A DNA stretch of 27,006 nt from a virus (Duplodnaviria > Caudoviricetes), in the IMG/VR virus record IMGVR_UViG_3300043416_000030, positions 1 to 27,006 of that record; one strand, given 5' to 3'. The notes beneath the pieces were generated by a model. The model had not been told where the DNA came from, did no database searches, and saw nothing but the letters and a program-made list of their open reading frames with translations. The position numbers and the translations under genes were made by a program. The stretch's first letter is position 1; each line of letters starts with the position of its first letter. Shown here one piece after another: positions 6,535 to 15,528 of the stretch.

Positions 6535-7214
6535 CCAAAAATCGTAGATATAAACACAATAGCAACCCCTCCACTTACTAACTCAATAACAAATATTTCT
6601 TGTTGTTCTTGTTCCCATCTTTGTAGTCTTAATTTCTTAACTTCTTCTGCCCTAGCGAATTCTTGCTCTTGTTGAATTTTTGCATACATTTTTAGAAACC
6701 TTGTATAGATTGCCTTCAGTTCCACAGGTGCATAGACAGTCATTTGCTCCCGAATTTGAGCATCAAGGTTTTCCATTTGGAGTTCCACCAAGGCACGTTC
6801 AATAGCCTTTTTAGAAGTATTTTGAGTTGGGTCATAGTGTTCCTTAGATTCTGCCTCTAGAGAGGCATAGTAATTGGTTAGTTGAGCCTGTATGTCAAAG
6901 AAGTTGCCAAGTTGGACTCCCACTTCATTGATGGTTTGTAGTTCAACTTCTTCATAAGTCTGTTGCTTCTTGGAAGTGGCTTTCGCTTTCGCCAAAGGCT
7001 TGGGGGCGTCTTCTGATTTGGACTTGGGCTTTGGGTTAAACAGTCCAATAAGCCAATCCCAGATTCCCTTGATGGCTTTGACATCAGCCATGACCCCTTC
7101 AATTGTCTTCTTAGCACCCTCCAGTTCCATGCGCCCTTCATGGAGCATCGCACACCCTGACTTGATGGCAGAGACTGCGCCTTGAGCAAGGAGGAGGAGA
7201 GAGAAAGGGTCAAT
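6492..7214 (-). CDS. Coiled-coil membrane protein (C-terminal TM), probable ATT start at 7214
   Basis: Frame is open 22 codons upstream of ATG 7148 (IDPFSLLLLAQGAVSAIKSGCA); AGGAG lies 6 nt before ATT; C-terminal TM VSGGVAIVFISTIFGWLMW. Confidence 0.7.
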   Translation of the reverse strand: MDPFSLLLLAQGAVSAIKSGCAMLHEGRMELEGAKKTIEGVMADVKAIKGIWDWLIGLFNPKPKSKSEDAPKPLAKAKATSKKQQTYEEVELQTINEVGVQLGNFFDIQAQLTNYYASLEAESKEHYDPTQNTSKKAIERALVELQMENLDAQIREQMTVYAPVELKAIYTRFLKMYAKIQQEQEFARAEEVKKLRLQRWEQEQQEIFVIELVSGGVAIVFISTIFGWLMWQLQNLSGGF

Positions 7215-7217
7215 GGT

Positions 7218-8774
7218 TTACTCCTGTGGCTGTGGGTTAGCCAAGGTAGTGCCTAGCAAGCCTGAATAGCCAAAGTTAGGTTGCTGTGATGGGGTAGCAC
7301 CAGAGGCTATCTGTTTAACGGCTAACCCTGCCGCCCTTCTACGCATTACACTTTGTAGAGTGTCAGCAGTTAAACCTGCTCCTGCCATTCCTAATGCCGC
7401 TGGAAGACTTTGTGTACCAACTGCGCCAATAGTTGCTCCAGTAACAAGTTTTGCTCTAAATGGGCTAAATTGTCCAACAAACGACAATATTGGATCAAGT
7501 GTGCCACCTTTTGCAACAGACTTAATTACATTTTGCTCAGACTCAGAAAACAAGTTCATTTTGTTTTTGTTTGCCGCAATATTGATAAACCCTCTACGAA
7601 TTAACTCGCTTTCGGATGCTTTGGGGTCAGCAAGTTTGGCATTAACAACATCAAGTGCATCTTGAAGAACCTCGGCACGACCTTGGTTGCGCCAATCTTT
7701 TCTTGCAGACATTACACTTTTAACTGCTTCATCTAGTTTTCCAGTACTAGCAAATACATCGCTACCATTTAATTTGGTGATGTACTCGTCCACAGAACCA
7801 ATCATTACATTGCCAAGCCGTCTAGTATTTGGGTCAGTATCGCTACGCAAGTTGTTAGCCATTTTGCGTAATTCCTCTAATTTAGGAAAAGACACAAATC
7901 TATTGCCAACAATATCTCGCATTTTTGATAATGTATTGGCTACCTTTGGCTCATTCTGAGGAATATATTGATTTGAATTGAGATTTGTTTCAATGTCATC
8001 AACCATACCAAGTACGCTTTTTGGCTTGATATAAACACCAGCCTGCTCCATAGCGTTATATGAACGTGTAGCATTTTGACGAACTTCGTCCATTGTGTAG
8101 AGTCTTGGTGTTTTTGCACCAGTTACCATGCCAGCAACATCTGCTGTTTTAGCGCCTACTTTTGCACCAACGCCCATAGCGGCAATCGTAGCCGCAAAGT
8201 CGCTTCCTGTTTCTCCAAGAACACCTGAAGTTGCCTCTTTAGTTACTTCAGCCACAGGTTGAGCCGCCAAACCAGCCGCGCCAGAAGCGGGAATTTGTTG
8301 AGCAAGGTTAGCCGCCAATGCAGGGACTTTAGGAGCAAGCGCCGCTACTGTGCCTGTACCCATCATTGCCTGAGTGCCAGTTTGAACCGCCCTTTCAAGC
8401 ATACCTTGAGGTTCTGGCAAACCAGCCTTGGTTAACATTTGACTTTGGGCTTGAGCAACAGAAGGCAATCTACTTTCAGAACCAACTATATTTGCACCAA
8501 GGTTGTATGCACTACGCAAACCCTCTAAAGTAACTGTTGCAGGCGCAGTTAAACCTTCATAAGCCGCACGACCAAACAGACCCGCTTGCCGACCTAATTC
8601 CTGCATCATAGAAGGCTGTTGTGTAGGCTGTGCTTGTTCAGTTGGCTGAGATTTAAACCCAAAATCTTCAGGTGTAGCAAGGCCATTTCTAATGGCTTGA
8701 GTCATAACCTGACTTTTTGTCATGCCTTCAGGAATTCCCTGAATCACTACTCCATTTGGTAATTCGATATCCAT
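7218..8774 (-). CDS. Putative ejection / internal virion protein (518 aa)
   Basis: Ala/Gly/Gln-rich and helical, N-terminal IELPNGVVIQGIPEG; third of three genes after the tail genes. Confidence 0.65.
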   Translation of the reverse strand: MDIELPNGVVIQGIPEGMTKSQVMTQAIRNGLATPEDFGFKSQPTEQAQPTQQPSMMQELGRQAGLFGRAAYEGLTAPATVTLEGLRSAYNLGANIVGSESRLPSVAQAQSQMLTKAGLPEPQGMLERAVQTGTQAMMGTGTVAALAPKVPALAANLAQQIPASGAAGLAAQPVAEVTKEATSGVLGETGSDFAATIAAMGVGAKVGAKTADVAGMVTGAKTPRLYTMDEVRQNATRSYNAMEQAGVYIKPKSVLGMVDDIETNLNSNQYIPQNEPKVANTLSKMRDIVGNRFVSFPKLEELRKMANNLRSDTDPNTRRLGNVMIGSVDEYITKLNGSDVFASTGKLDEAVKSVMSARKDWRNQGRAEVLQDALDVVNAKLADPKASESELIRRGFINIAANKNKMNLFSESEQNVIKSVAKGGTLDPILSFVGQFSPFRAKLVTGATIGAVGTQSLPAALGMAGAGLTADTLQSVMRRRAAGLAVKQIASGATPSQQPNFGYSGLLGTTLANPQPQE

Positions 8775-8783
8775 AGCAATTCC

Positions 8784-10028
8784 TTATTTAAGATCAGACC
8801 ACTTAATTGTTTTTTTAGTAGATTCTGGTTGTAACTGTGGATTTCTATTAGAAAACTGACTTTTTTGTGGAGCAACATCAGATGGCGCAAGCCCAGGCAC
8901 TTCAGGCTTCTTAGGTTGTGTTGCTTTAACACGCTCTTCTGCCCTTACAGTTTTACTTTCAAGTTGTTTCAAAAGTCTTGCATAGGTTTTATCAACTTTA
9001 TCAAGATCATCCGCAAATGACTTAGATTGTGGGTCAAGTTTGGCAATAGTGCTTTGCAAAGACTCAAACTCATTCCGAGTAACTGATCCAAGACCAGATG
9101 CACCAGTTTTACTAGCCTCTTTCAAAGCAGTAAGTTGAGAAAATGACAAGTTGGCTTTAATGCTCTCTAAATTGTTTTGAAGAGTTTTTGCATCTGTTAA
9201 AGGCAATACAGACAAGAAACTTCCATACCCTGTTGTATAGCCACTAATTAACTTTTTAGTGTCTCCAATAACATCTCTAATATCTTTAGTTCTATTGGTT
9301 AACTCATTCAAAGCCTCTGCTTGAGAAACCTGTGCTTCCTGAGATTGAGGAGTTTGAATGGTAGTAACACCACCAGCAGTTCCAGTTGTTTCACCAAGTT
9401 TCAAGAATTTAGCAACATTCGGTGCGGCTAAACCAATGTTCAATGGATCAATTGTTGTCAGTTCACCAGTATTTGCATCACGGAATACCTTTGGCTTTAG
9501 TTCTTGTGCAACTTGGTAACGCAATGCACTTTCCTGTGGCGCAGTTAAAGGTCTTCCTTCTTTCAAAGCAACATCTGCTTCTGAAATCAACTTGCGATTA
9601 CGCTCAGAGGATGTAGTTGCCATTTGATATTCTTTGGCTTTTTTAGCCTGTGCTTCACGCAAACCAATAGTTGCCTGTGACTCAGCACGTTTTTGGGCTA
9701 ACTCAGCCAAACCATAAGCACCTTGCATATCACCAATTCGAGCAAGTCTTCCAGATGCCATTTGTAATGCTTCTGAATCGTTTAAATCAATACCTTGAAT
9801 TACTGCGTTTCTTGCGCTAATCAGTTGTAACTGCGGGTCTTGACCACCCAATAACCCACCAATGCCACGCCCTAGTTGCTGACCAGCCCTAGACGCCATG
9901 TAGTTAACCGCCTCATAGGGGTCTAACTGAGACTGTCGAAGTGCTAGTGCTTGTTCTTGCAGTTGTCTGGTATCTTGATACGATTCAGGAGTTATCCCAA
10001 ACAAACCGCCCATTATTGATTCTGCCAT
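8784..10028 (-). CDS. Putative ejection / internal virion protein (start ATG 10028)
   Basis: AAAGGA SD before MAESIMGGLFG; Gln/Ala-rich helical; synteny. Confidence 0.65.
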   Translation of the reverse strand: MAESIMGGLFGITPESYQDTRQLQEQALALRQSQLDPYEAVNYMASRAGQQLGRGIGGLLGGQDPQLQLISARNAVIQGIDLNDSEALQMASGRLARIGDMQGAYGLAELAQKRAESQATIGLREAQAKKAKEYQMATTSSERNRKLISEADVALKEGRPLTAPQESALRYQVAQELKPKVFRDANTGELTTIDPLNIGLAAPNVAKFLKLGETTGTAGGVTTIQTPQSQEAQVSQAEALNELTNRTKDIRDVIGDTKKLISGYTTGYGSFLSVLPLTDAKTLQNNLESIKANLSFSQLTALKEASKTGASGLGSVTRNEFESLQSTIAKLDPQSKSFADDLDKVDKTYARLLKQLESKTVRAEERVKATQPKKPEVPGLAPSDVAPQKSQFSNRNPQLQPESTKKTIKWSDLK

Positions 10029-10038
10029 GATTATTCCT

Positions 10039-11088
10039 TTAAAAAGGTGTGATTCCCATAAATTCAGAGTTTGTAAAGGATGAGTATGGGTTATTACCGC
10101 TACCAAACAATTTACCTAATCCACTTGTGAACTGACGATTCTCACCAAGATTGGATAGTGTTCTTGAGAATGGGTCTAACGCATTGGCTGGTTGCATAGT
10201 CCTTGCCGCACCCAATCCACCCAATAGCAACGATTGTCCTGCTTGTGCGCCTCCTTGCATTGCACGACCACCAAGTTCTGCGCCAAGTCTTACAGGCTCA
10301 TAAGCAAATTGATTTACTGTTGATGCTAAACCCAAACCAGTAGAGAATGGAGACAATGCACCAACTTGACCAGTTTGGTATTGGTTAAGCAAGTTAGAAC
10401 CTGCGCCAAACAATCCTGTGCCAAAGGCAACTTGTCTTTGACCAGCCTCTTGAGCATTTGCCGCCAATTGAGCATCTTGTTGTGCCAATGCGTTGTAATA
10501 TGCTTCTAATTCAGGATTAGTTCCCACCAAACCTTCTGCGCCACTTGGACGCAAACCAGTAGAGCCTACTGATAAACCACCACGACCTGTTTGAAAGTTT
10601 TGGTTTCTAATGTTTGCTAACTGTCTTTGCCGACTAGGATCAAGCAAGTCGTATTGACTTGTCATGTACTTTTGAGCAACTTGCTCTGGAGTTTCTGCTA
10701 AATATCGTTCTCCAAGATTAAACAGACCAGTTGCCGCACCTGTCAAAGGAGCATATTGTTGTCCTGCCTGTTCTGCTTGCGTTAAACCTCTACCAGTTAA
10801 TGCCAATAACCTATCTTGATAGGCTTGAAATTCAGGTGTTAAACCCGCCTCAACACCTGTTACTCTTCCGCTTGGATCATAAGTATAGACAGGCGCTCTA
10901 GCAAACCTATTGTCCCTTTGAGTTACATTAAAAGGTCGGAAACGAGCCTCTTCTGCCGCTATTCTTGCCGCTTCAATTTGAGCATTAGCAGAAGTCTGTG
11001 CCGCATCCCTAGCAGAGTCGCCAGCCATAGAACTGCTTAGTAACTGAATACCCGCAGGAATTAATGCACTTGATACTGGATCACCCAT
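10039..11088 (-). CDS. Putative ejection protein (P22 gp7 / T7 gp14-like position)
   Basis: Hydrophobic Gly/Ala N-terminus followed by SARDAAQTSANAQIEAA; Gln/Gly/Ala-rich. Confidence 0.7.
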   Translation of the reverse strand: MGDPVSSALIPAGIQLLSSSMAGDSARDAAQTSANAQIEAARIAAEEARFRPFNVTQRDNRFARAPVYTYDPSGRVTGVEAGLTPEFQAYQDRLLALTGRGLTQAEQAGQQYAPLTGAATGLFNLGERYLAETPEQVAQKYMTSQYDLLDPSRQRQLANIRNQNFQTGRGGLSVGSTGLRPSGAEGLVGTNPELEAYYNALAQQDAQLAANAQEAGQRQVAFGTGLFGAGSNLLNQYQTGQVGALSPFSTGLGLASTVNQFAYEPVRLGAELGGRAMQGGAQAGQSLLLGGLGAARTMQPANALDPFSRTLSNLGENRQFTSGLGKLFGSGNNPYSSFTNSEFMGITPF

Positions 11089-11100
11089 TTTTCTTCTCCC

Positions 11101-11388
11101 TTATGCCTGTGAAGCATAAATTAAGGCTTTATTGCCATTGTTTAAAACCGTATATCCTTTTACAACCCACCCAAAAGACTCAGCAAACTTAGTTAATTTA
11201 TTGTTCGTTACATCAACGACTGCCAACAACGGCATATCAACTAAATCTTCTAACTTTGCCAAATCCAATCTGTACCTCTTTTTTATCTCTGCTGACCATT
11301 TGAAAACATCTGTATGAAACCATAATAAATTGTCAAACAATTCTAGGTAAATTACATAATCTTTTCTAATGACCACAGGAGTCTTCAA
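11101..11388 (-). CDS. GNAT-like small protein (T7 gp13-like position)
   Basis: LLAVVDVTNNKLTKFAESFGW resembles GNAT motif B (N..a.kf...lGf); lies immediately before the ejection genes. Confidence 0.55.
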   Translation of the reverse strand: MKTPVVIRKDYVIYLELFDNLLWFHTDVFKWSAEIKKRYRLDLAKLEDLVDMPLLAVVDVTNNKLTKFAESFGWVVKGYTVLNNGNKALIYASQA

Positions 11389-11666
11389 TACTTGCCTTCC
11401 GCAAACACATTCACAAACACAGTCTCGTCTTCCAATGCCTCAATCTCATGCCACTCATTAGCCTTGAGGTTTATCGGTTGCGTGTACTTATCAATCACTT
11501 TCTCAATTCCTTCTTTACGAATCACACAACTTCCTGAATGACACATAGTCAAATGGGAAAATGTATGACTATGACAAGGTAATCCTTCACCATTATTTGC
11601 GTGATATACATTTATGGTTGCCCCATCATATGTAACCGCATGGAATAGGTTTACCAACTTTGTCAT
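11385..11666 (-). CDS. Cupin-fold protein
   Basis: GEGLPCHSHTFSHLTMCHSG (HxH motif 1) and NEWHEIEALED..VFVNV (motif 2). Confidence 0.8.
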   Translation of the reverse strand: MTKLVNLFHAVTYDGATINVYHANNGEGLPCHSHTFSHLTMCHSGSCVIRKEGIEKVIDKYTQPINLKANEWHEIEALEDETVFVNVFAEGKY

Positions 11667-11911
11667 AACTCTTGTGATCCTGTTGTAGTTGGTTGCGGTT
11701 GTGTTGCTACTGGTGCAACATAAGGAGCAACTTCTCCAAACTCACCAGCCTTTGCTCTGTTATACAAAGCTACGCCATATGGCATAGAATCAAATGATGT
11801 AGCCCCAAATGGATGCTCTTCATTAAACTCTTTCCACTTTACTATCAGAAAAATGCTATTTCCATCTGCTGATGAGTAACTTGGATTTTTTGCGTATTCA
11901 AGAGTAAACAT
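11663..11911 (-). CDS. Tail fibre assembly / chaperone-like protein
   Basis: KNPSY..ADGNSI...PFGA...D..PYGVALY.RA.AGEFGEVAPY; directly downstream of the tail fibre. Confidence 0.7.
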   Translation of the reverse strand: MFTLEYAKNPSYSSADGNSIFLIVKWKEFNEEHPFGATSFDSMPYGVALYNRAKAGEFGEVAPYVAPVATQPQPTTTGSQEL

Positions 11912-11924
11912 TTATTTTTCCTTA

Positions 11925-12731
11925 CTAAGAAACTCGAACTGCCAATATTTGTCGATTTCCACCAAACGCAACCCCCAGATATCGATAAGTTCCTGAAAGC
12001 GTACTCGTAATATTGTTACCAATCATGCCACCAGCACAAGTGTCATAAGCGGCATTTTGTACTATAAAACTTGAACCTGCAAAAGTAGAACCAATAGTTA
12101 AAGCGCCAACGTTACTACTTATAATCCCACTTGCATAACATCCAATTGCATCAAAAGTAAGAGCGCTACTACTAATAGTTACAGCACCTGTTGCGGCAGA
12201 TACAGAAATACCAGTACCAGCAGTAACAGATGTAACGCCAGCACCACCAGATGTCCATGTTGATCCGTTAGAAACCAAAACATTGCCAGATGAGCCAGGT
12301 GCAACAAACTGCACAGCACTTGTTCCATTGCCTAAAACCACATTGTTTGCAGTTAGAGTAGCCGCACCAGTACCGCCTTGAGCAACAGCCAATGCCGTTG
12401 TTAGACCAGTAATAGATGTAATGTCAGAGTTAGCACCAGAAGATGCCGCACTCAGGTTAGTACGAGCATTTGCCGCAGTCGATGCACCAGTACCACCATC
12501 AGCAACCGCCAAATCAGTAATACCAGTAATCGTTCCTGCGCTAATAGCAACAGTTGGTATGGTTACAGTACCAGTAAAGGTAGGCGATGCAACATCTGCC
12601 TTAGTTGCAACAGCAACAGCAATGTTGTCAAACTCGGTGTTTATCTCCGTACCTTTAACAATCTTTAATGGATCACCAGACGCAAGATTGTCTTTGGTAG
12701 CAAAGTTTGTTGATTTCACATAATTTGTCAT
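11925..12731 (-). CDS. Short tail fibre / spike protein (268 aa)
   Basis: N-terminal anchor (EINTEFDNIAVAVATKAD), LAVAxGGTGA repeats, GNVLVSNG, small C-terminal tip; follows the nozzle. Confidence 0.75.
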   Translation of the reverse strand: MTNYVKSTNFATKDNLASGDPLKIVKGTEINTEFDNIAVAVATKADVASPTFTGTVTIPTVAISAGTITGITDLAVADGGTGASTAANARTNLSAASSGANSDITSITGLTTALAVAQGGTGAATLTANNVVLGNGTSAVQFVAPGSSGNVLVSNGSTWTSGGAGVTSVTAGTGISVSAATGAVTISSSALTFDAIGCYASGIISSNVGALTIGSTFAGSSFIVQNAAYDTCAGGMIGNNITSTLSGTYRYLGVAFGGNRQILAVRVS

Positions 12732-12740
12732 TTCTTCCCC

Positions 12741-14552
12741 TTAACTTAATCTGCCACGTTTAGACTGAATTTCAATCTTCTGAATAGATAATTCATTGCC
12801 TGAAATATTAGTCTCATAACCAGTTTGCACAACCTTGCCAGAACCACTTGCATTGACTTGTAAGGTCTGCAACGAAACACCATCTGAATACTCGTTAGTA
12901 ACAGAAGGTTGTGCGTGTACTGCGGTATGCGTACCACTTCCCGCTGTTGTTGTGTTTATTGCCGCACCACCAGAGGTTAAAGACAATCTACAAGTGTTTG
13001 TTGAAACACTAACGCAGTAATAGGTTGTTGCTGTACTTAAACCAGATGGCAAAGTTCCAGTAGTTGTCAAAGTTATTGGGTTGTTCAATACAAAAGAAGA
13101 ACCATCGACAGATGTAACAACCGCAGGGCTTGCGTTGGTTATCGTCACAACCTGATTGTTTGGATTGTTGTACTGTGCAACCCCATACTCTGACGTTCCT
13201 TGTGTCGGAATAAAGGTTGATGCGGCTAAGTAGTTAGTAGAGAAATCGAATCCCCACTTCATCGTTACAAACTGGTTTGAGCCACCAATAGCAACAATAG
13301 ACAATCTTTTCAGGATAGAAGTAACCGCTTGATCGCCTAAGTCTGCATGGTTTGTGTAGTACAAGAAACGATAACTACTTGTATGGTCTAGATAAGTACC
13401 ATACTTTCCAATGTATCCATTCTTGCCAATCAGCAAGTCACCATTCCTACGGGAAAGCAAAGCAGTTGGCTCAATAGAGTCCCAAGTCGTTACCCTGAAT
13501 GAGTTATCTTGTAACTGCAATCTTGTGTCAAAGCAGAACACTTGTTTAACCAATGGGAAGGTTATCAGGTAGAAAGCATCTCTTTCTGAGTAAACAGCCT
13601 TTAGATTGGCTAACGTCTCACCAGCAATCGTAGACAACAGATCATTGCGTACATTCTTGGACAAGTCTCCCAATGGGGCTGACTTCTCAATAATCGTTCT
13701 AGCAAACGAGCGAATACCAGAGTTAGACAAGAAAAGAATGTCCTTGCCCGTAGATGCAATCGTATCCCTTGCTATACAACCAATACCACCAACGGTGTCA
13801 CTCAAAGTCATGGTAGATGGCGTAGTTGCATTGGCATACACCAAGATTTGACGCTTACCAAAGATGATTAGAAAACCATTGTGAGCCGCCAACCCTGTAA
13901 TCTCATCTGCCCCGTTAGGCCATACCCTGTCTACATTCAAAGAACCAGCCGTTCCAGTAGACCAAACATGACCAGAAAGCAGGTCAGAAAAAGAAATGGT
14001 TGTTGTGTTTGTAGTTGTACTTGCCACCCACAAGCGACCATAAGCACTAATAGCAATATTGGCAGAAGGCACAGTACCAACATAGCCAGTTTTCTCAGAT
14101 ACACGCCTATAAGTGGTTGTGCTTACCGCAGGGTCAAAGATCAACGGGTCATGCCCTGATTGAAAGAAGAAAGTTATTGCATTTAAGGATGTGCAATGCC
14201 AGTTGTTTGCTGTGATGGTAGGGGCAGTACCTCCACCACCATAAGTTAACTCTGAAACAGCGTTCGAGCCATCCAACTTGAATAACTTGTTGTTACCAGA
14301 AAACAGCACAGTCAAAGTGCCATCAGCCTGAACCAACTCATGTATTACGCCAACATCATTTGCACCCAAAGCACCAGAAGATGAGTTAACCCTTGAGAAA
14401 CCCTTGCGTGAGCCAATGCGTCCGTATTGGTCAATCACACAATTAGTGGCAACTAAAGCAAACCCTTGATTCAAGTCCAAAGGCGAATCTTGGGTGTTTA
14501 ACCCATAAAAGCCTGGTGCGCTTATGCTAGAGACTTGGATTGCTTGGCTCAT
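12741..14552 (-). CDS. Tail nozzle / tubular protein B (P22 gp10 / T7 gp12-like beta-propeller)
   Basis: N-terminal GFYGLN..DSP...NC.ID..G.I..RKG, GIGCIARDTI, LFLS..G; follows the adaptor. Confidence 0.8.
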   Translation of the reverse strand: MSQAIQVSSISAPGFYGLNTQDSPLDLNQGFALVATNCVIDQYGRIGSRKGFSRVNSSSGALGANDVGVIHELVQADGTLTVLFSGNNKLFKLDGSNAVSELTYGGGGTAPTITANNWHCTSLNAITFFFQSGHDPLIFDPAVSTTTYRRVSEKTGYVGTVPSANIAISAYGRLWVASTTTNTTTISFSDLLSGHVWSTGTAGSLNVDRVWPNGADEITGLAAHNGFLIIFGKRQILVYANATTPSTMTLSDTVGGIGCIARDTIASTGKDILFLSNSGIRSFARTIIEKSAPLGDLSKNVRNDLLSTIAGETLANLKAVYSERDAFYLITFPLVKQVFCFDTRLQLQDNSFRVTTWDSIEPTALLSRRNGDLLIGKNGYIGKYGTYLDHTSSYRFLYYTNHADLGDQAVTSILKRLSIVAIGGSNQFVTMKWGFDFSTNYLAASTFIPTQGTSEYGVAQYNNPNNQVVTITNASPAVVTSVDGSSFVLNNPITLTTTGTLPSGLSTATTYYCVSVSTNTCRLSLTSGGAAINTTTAGSGTHTAVHAQPSVTNEYSDGVSLQTLQVNASGSGKVVQTGYETNISGNELSIQKIEIQSKRGRLS

Positions 14553-15196
14553 GTCGCTACAAACTCCCCACGATCAGGGTAACGTGTACCTTCCAAAGCG
14601 ATATGGTCTGACAACATTGATTTGTATAGCGCATACGCTTCTGAGGAAGACAAGCCACCATCTTCACCACGCTCCACCAATGCTCTTGCATAGGCGTTTT
14701 GAGCCACTAAAACATCAGGTACTTGCACCACAGTAGCATCAGCAGACAAATTGGCTTGTGCTATGGCTAAAGAGAATTTAACTGTGTATACAGCATCTGG
14801 AACTGGATACAAGGTTACTTTTGTATCGTAACTACCATCCACACCATTAAAAGCATAGTTAACTGGTGCTGAAGTGCCAACAGGCAAGAAGTTGATGTTG
14901 CGATTCATGGTGACAAAATCAATGTTTGTCATCCCTAAAAGGCTGGTGGTATTGATTGCGTCTAAGACTTGGAACTTCTGACCAGCCCCTGTGAGGGAGT
15001 AGGAAGAAGTGTTTGCAACTGTGGTAATTGTGATAGTTTGGACTAATACGTTCCAAGCAAAGGCATCCTCAATCTGACGCTTTGCATCATTGACAAACTT
15101 GCCAAGCAGGGTTGAATAAGTAGTCTCTAGGTTAGTAGATACAGTTGGTTCACGTAATCGAACCAATACATCATTAATTAGTTCTAAGTACGTCAT
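14549..15196 (-). CDS. Head-tail adaptor / tubular protein A (T7 gp11-like)
   Basis: MTYLELINDVLVRLRE...FVNDAKRQIE..FAW, LYPVPD.VY. Confidence 0.8.
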   Translation of the reverse strand: MTYLELINDVLVRLREPTVSTNLETTYSTLLGKFVNDAKRQIEDAFAWNVLVQTITITTVANTSSYSLTGAGQKFQVLDAINTTSLLGMTNIDFVTMNRNINFLPVGTSAPVNYAFNGVDGSYDTKVTLYPVPDAVYTVKFSLAIAQANLSADATVVQVPDVLVAQNAYARALVERGEDGGLSSSEAYALYKSMLSDHIALEGTRYPDRGEFVAT

Positions 15197-15528
15197 TGTC
15201 TTGTCAATCCTATTTCTTCAAAGGTTGCTATAAAACTGAAGGTGCTTGCCGACTGAGTAGTTATTTTAATTTTGTCGCCTTCTTCTAAAACAATGTAAGC
15301 ATTGCCATCAAACTGAAGATAGTTTTTTGATGTGAAATCGTAACTAGTCAATATATCAAGGGTGGTACTAGCACTTGCGTCAAACCATTGAACAGTTATG
15401 TGTTTGGTAGAGCCACCTGTATTGTGAATGTACATTACAGTAAATTTGGCGTAGTAGCCCGTAGGACAGGTATAGACTGTTGTGTCTACTGCCGCCGTAG
15501 GACTAACACCAACTGATAATGCTCTCAT
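15193..15528 (-). CDS. Small beta-sandwich virion protein
   Basis: TTVYTCP...IHN...ITVQW...IVLEEGDKI all-beta pattern in the structural operon. Confidence 0.65.
   Translation of the reverse strand: MRALSVGVSPTAAVDTTVYTCPTGYYAKFTVMYIHNTGGSTKHITVQWFDASASTTLDILTSYDFTSKNYLQFDGNAYIVLEEGDKIKITTQSASTFSFIATFEEIGLTRQ

Noticed and set aside
6878-7213. 111 aa minus-strand ORF starting at TTG 7213
   Set aside because: It is an alternative frame over the 6492-7214 gene with no recognisable protein features. It shares the same SD, so minor initiation cannot be fully excluded.
10029-10106. N-terminal extension of the 8784-10106 ORF
   Set aside because: It overlaps the upstream gene; ATG 10028 has a proper SD in the intergenic gap.
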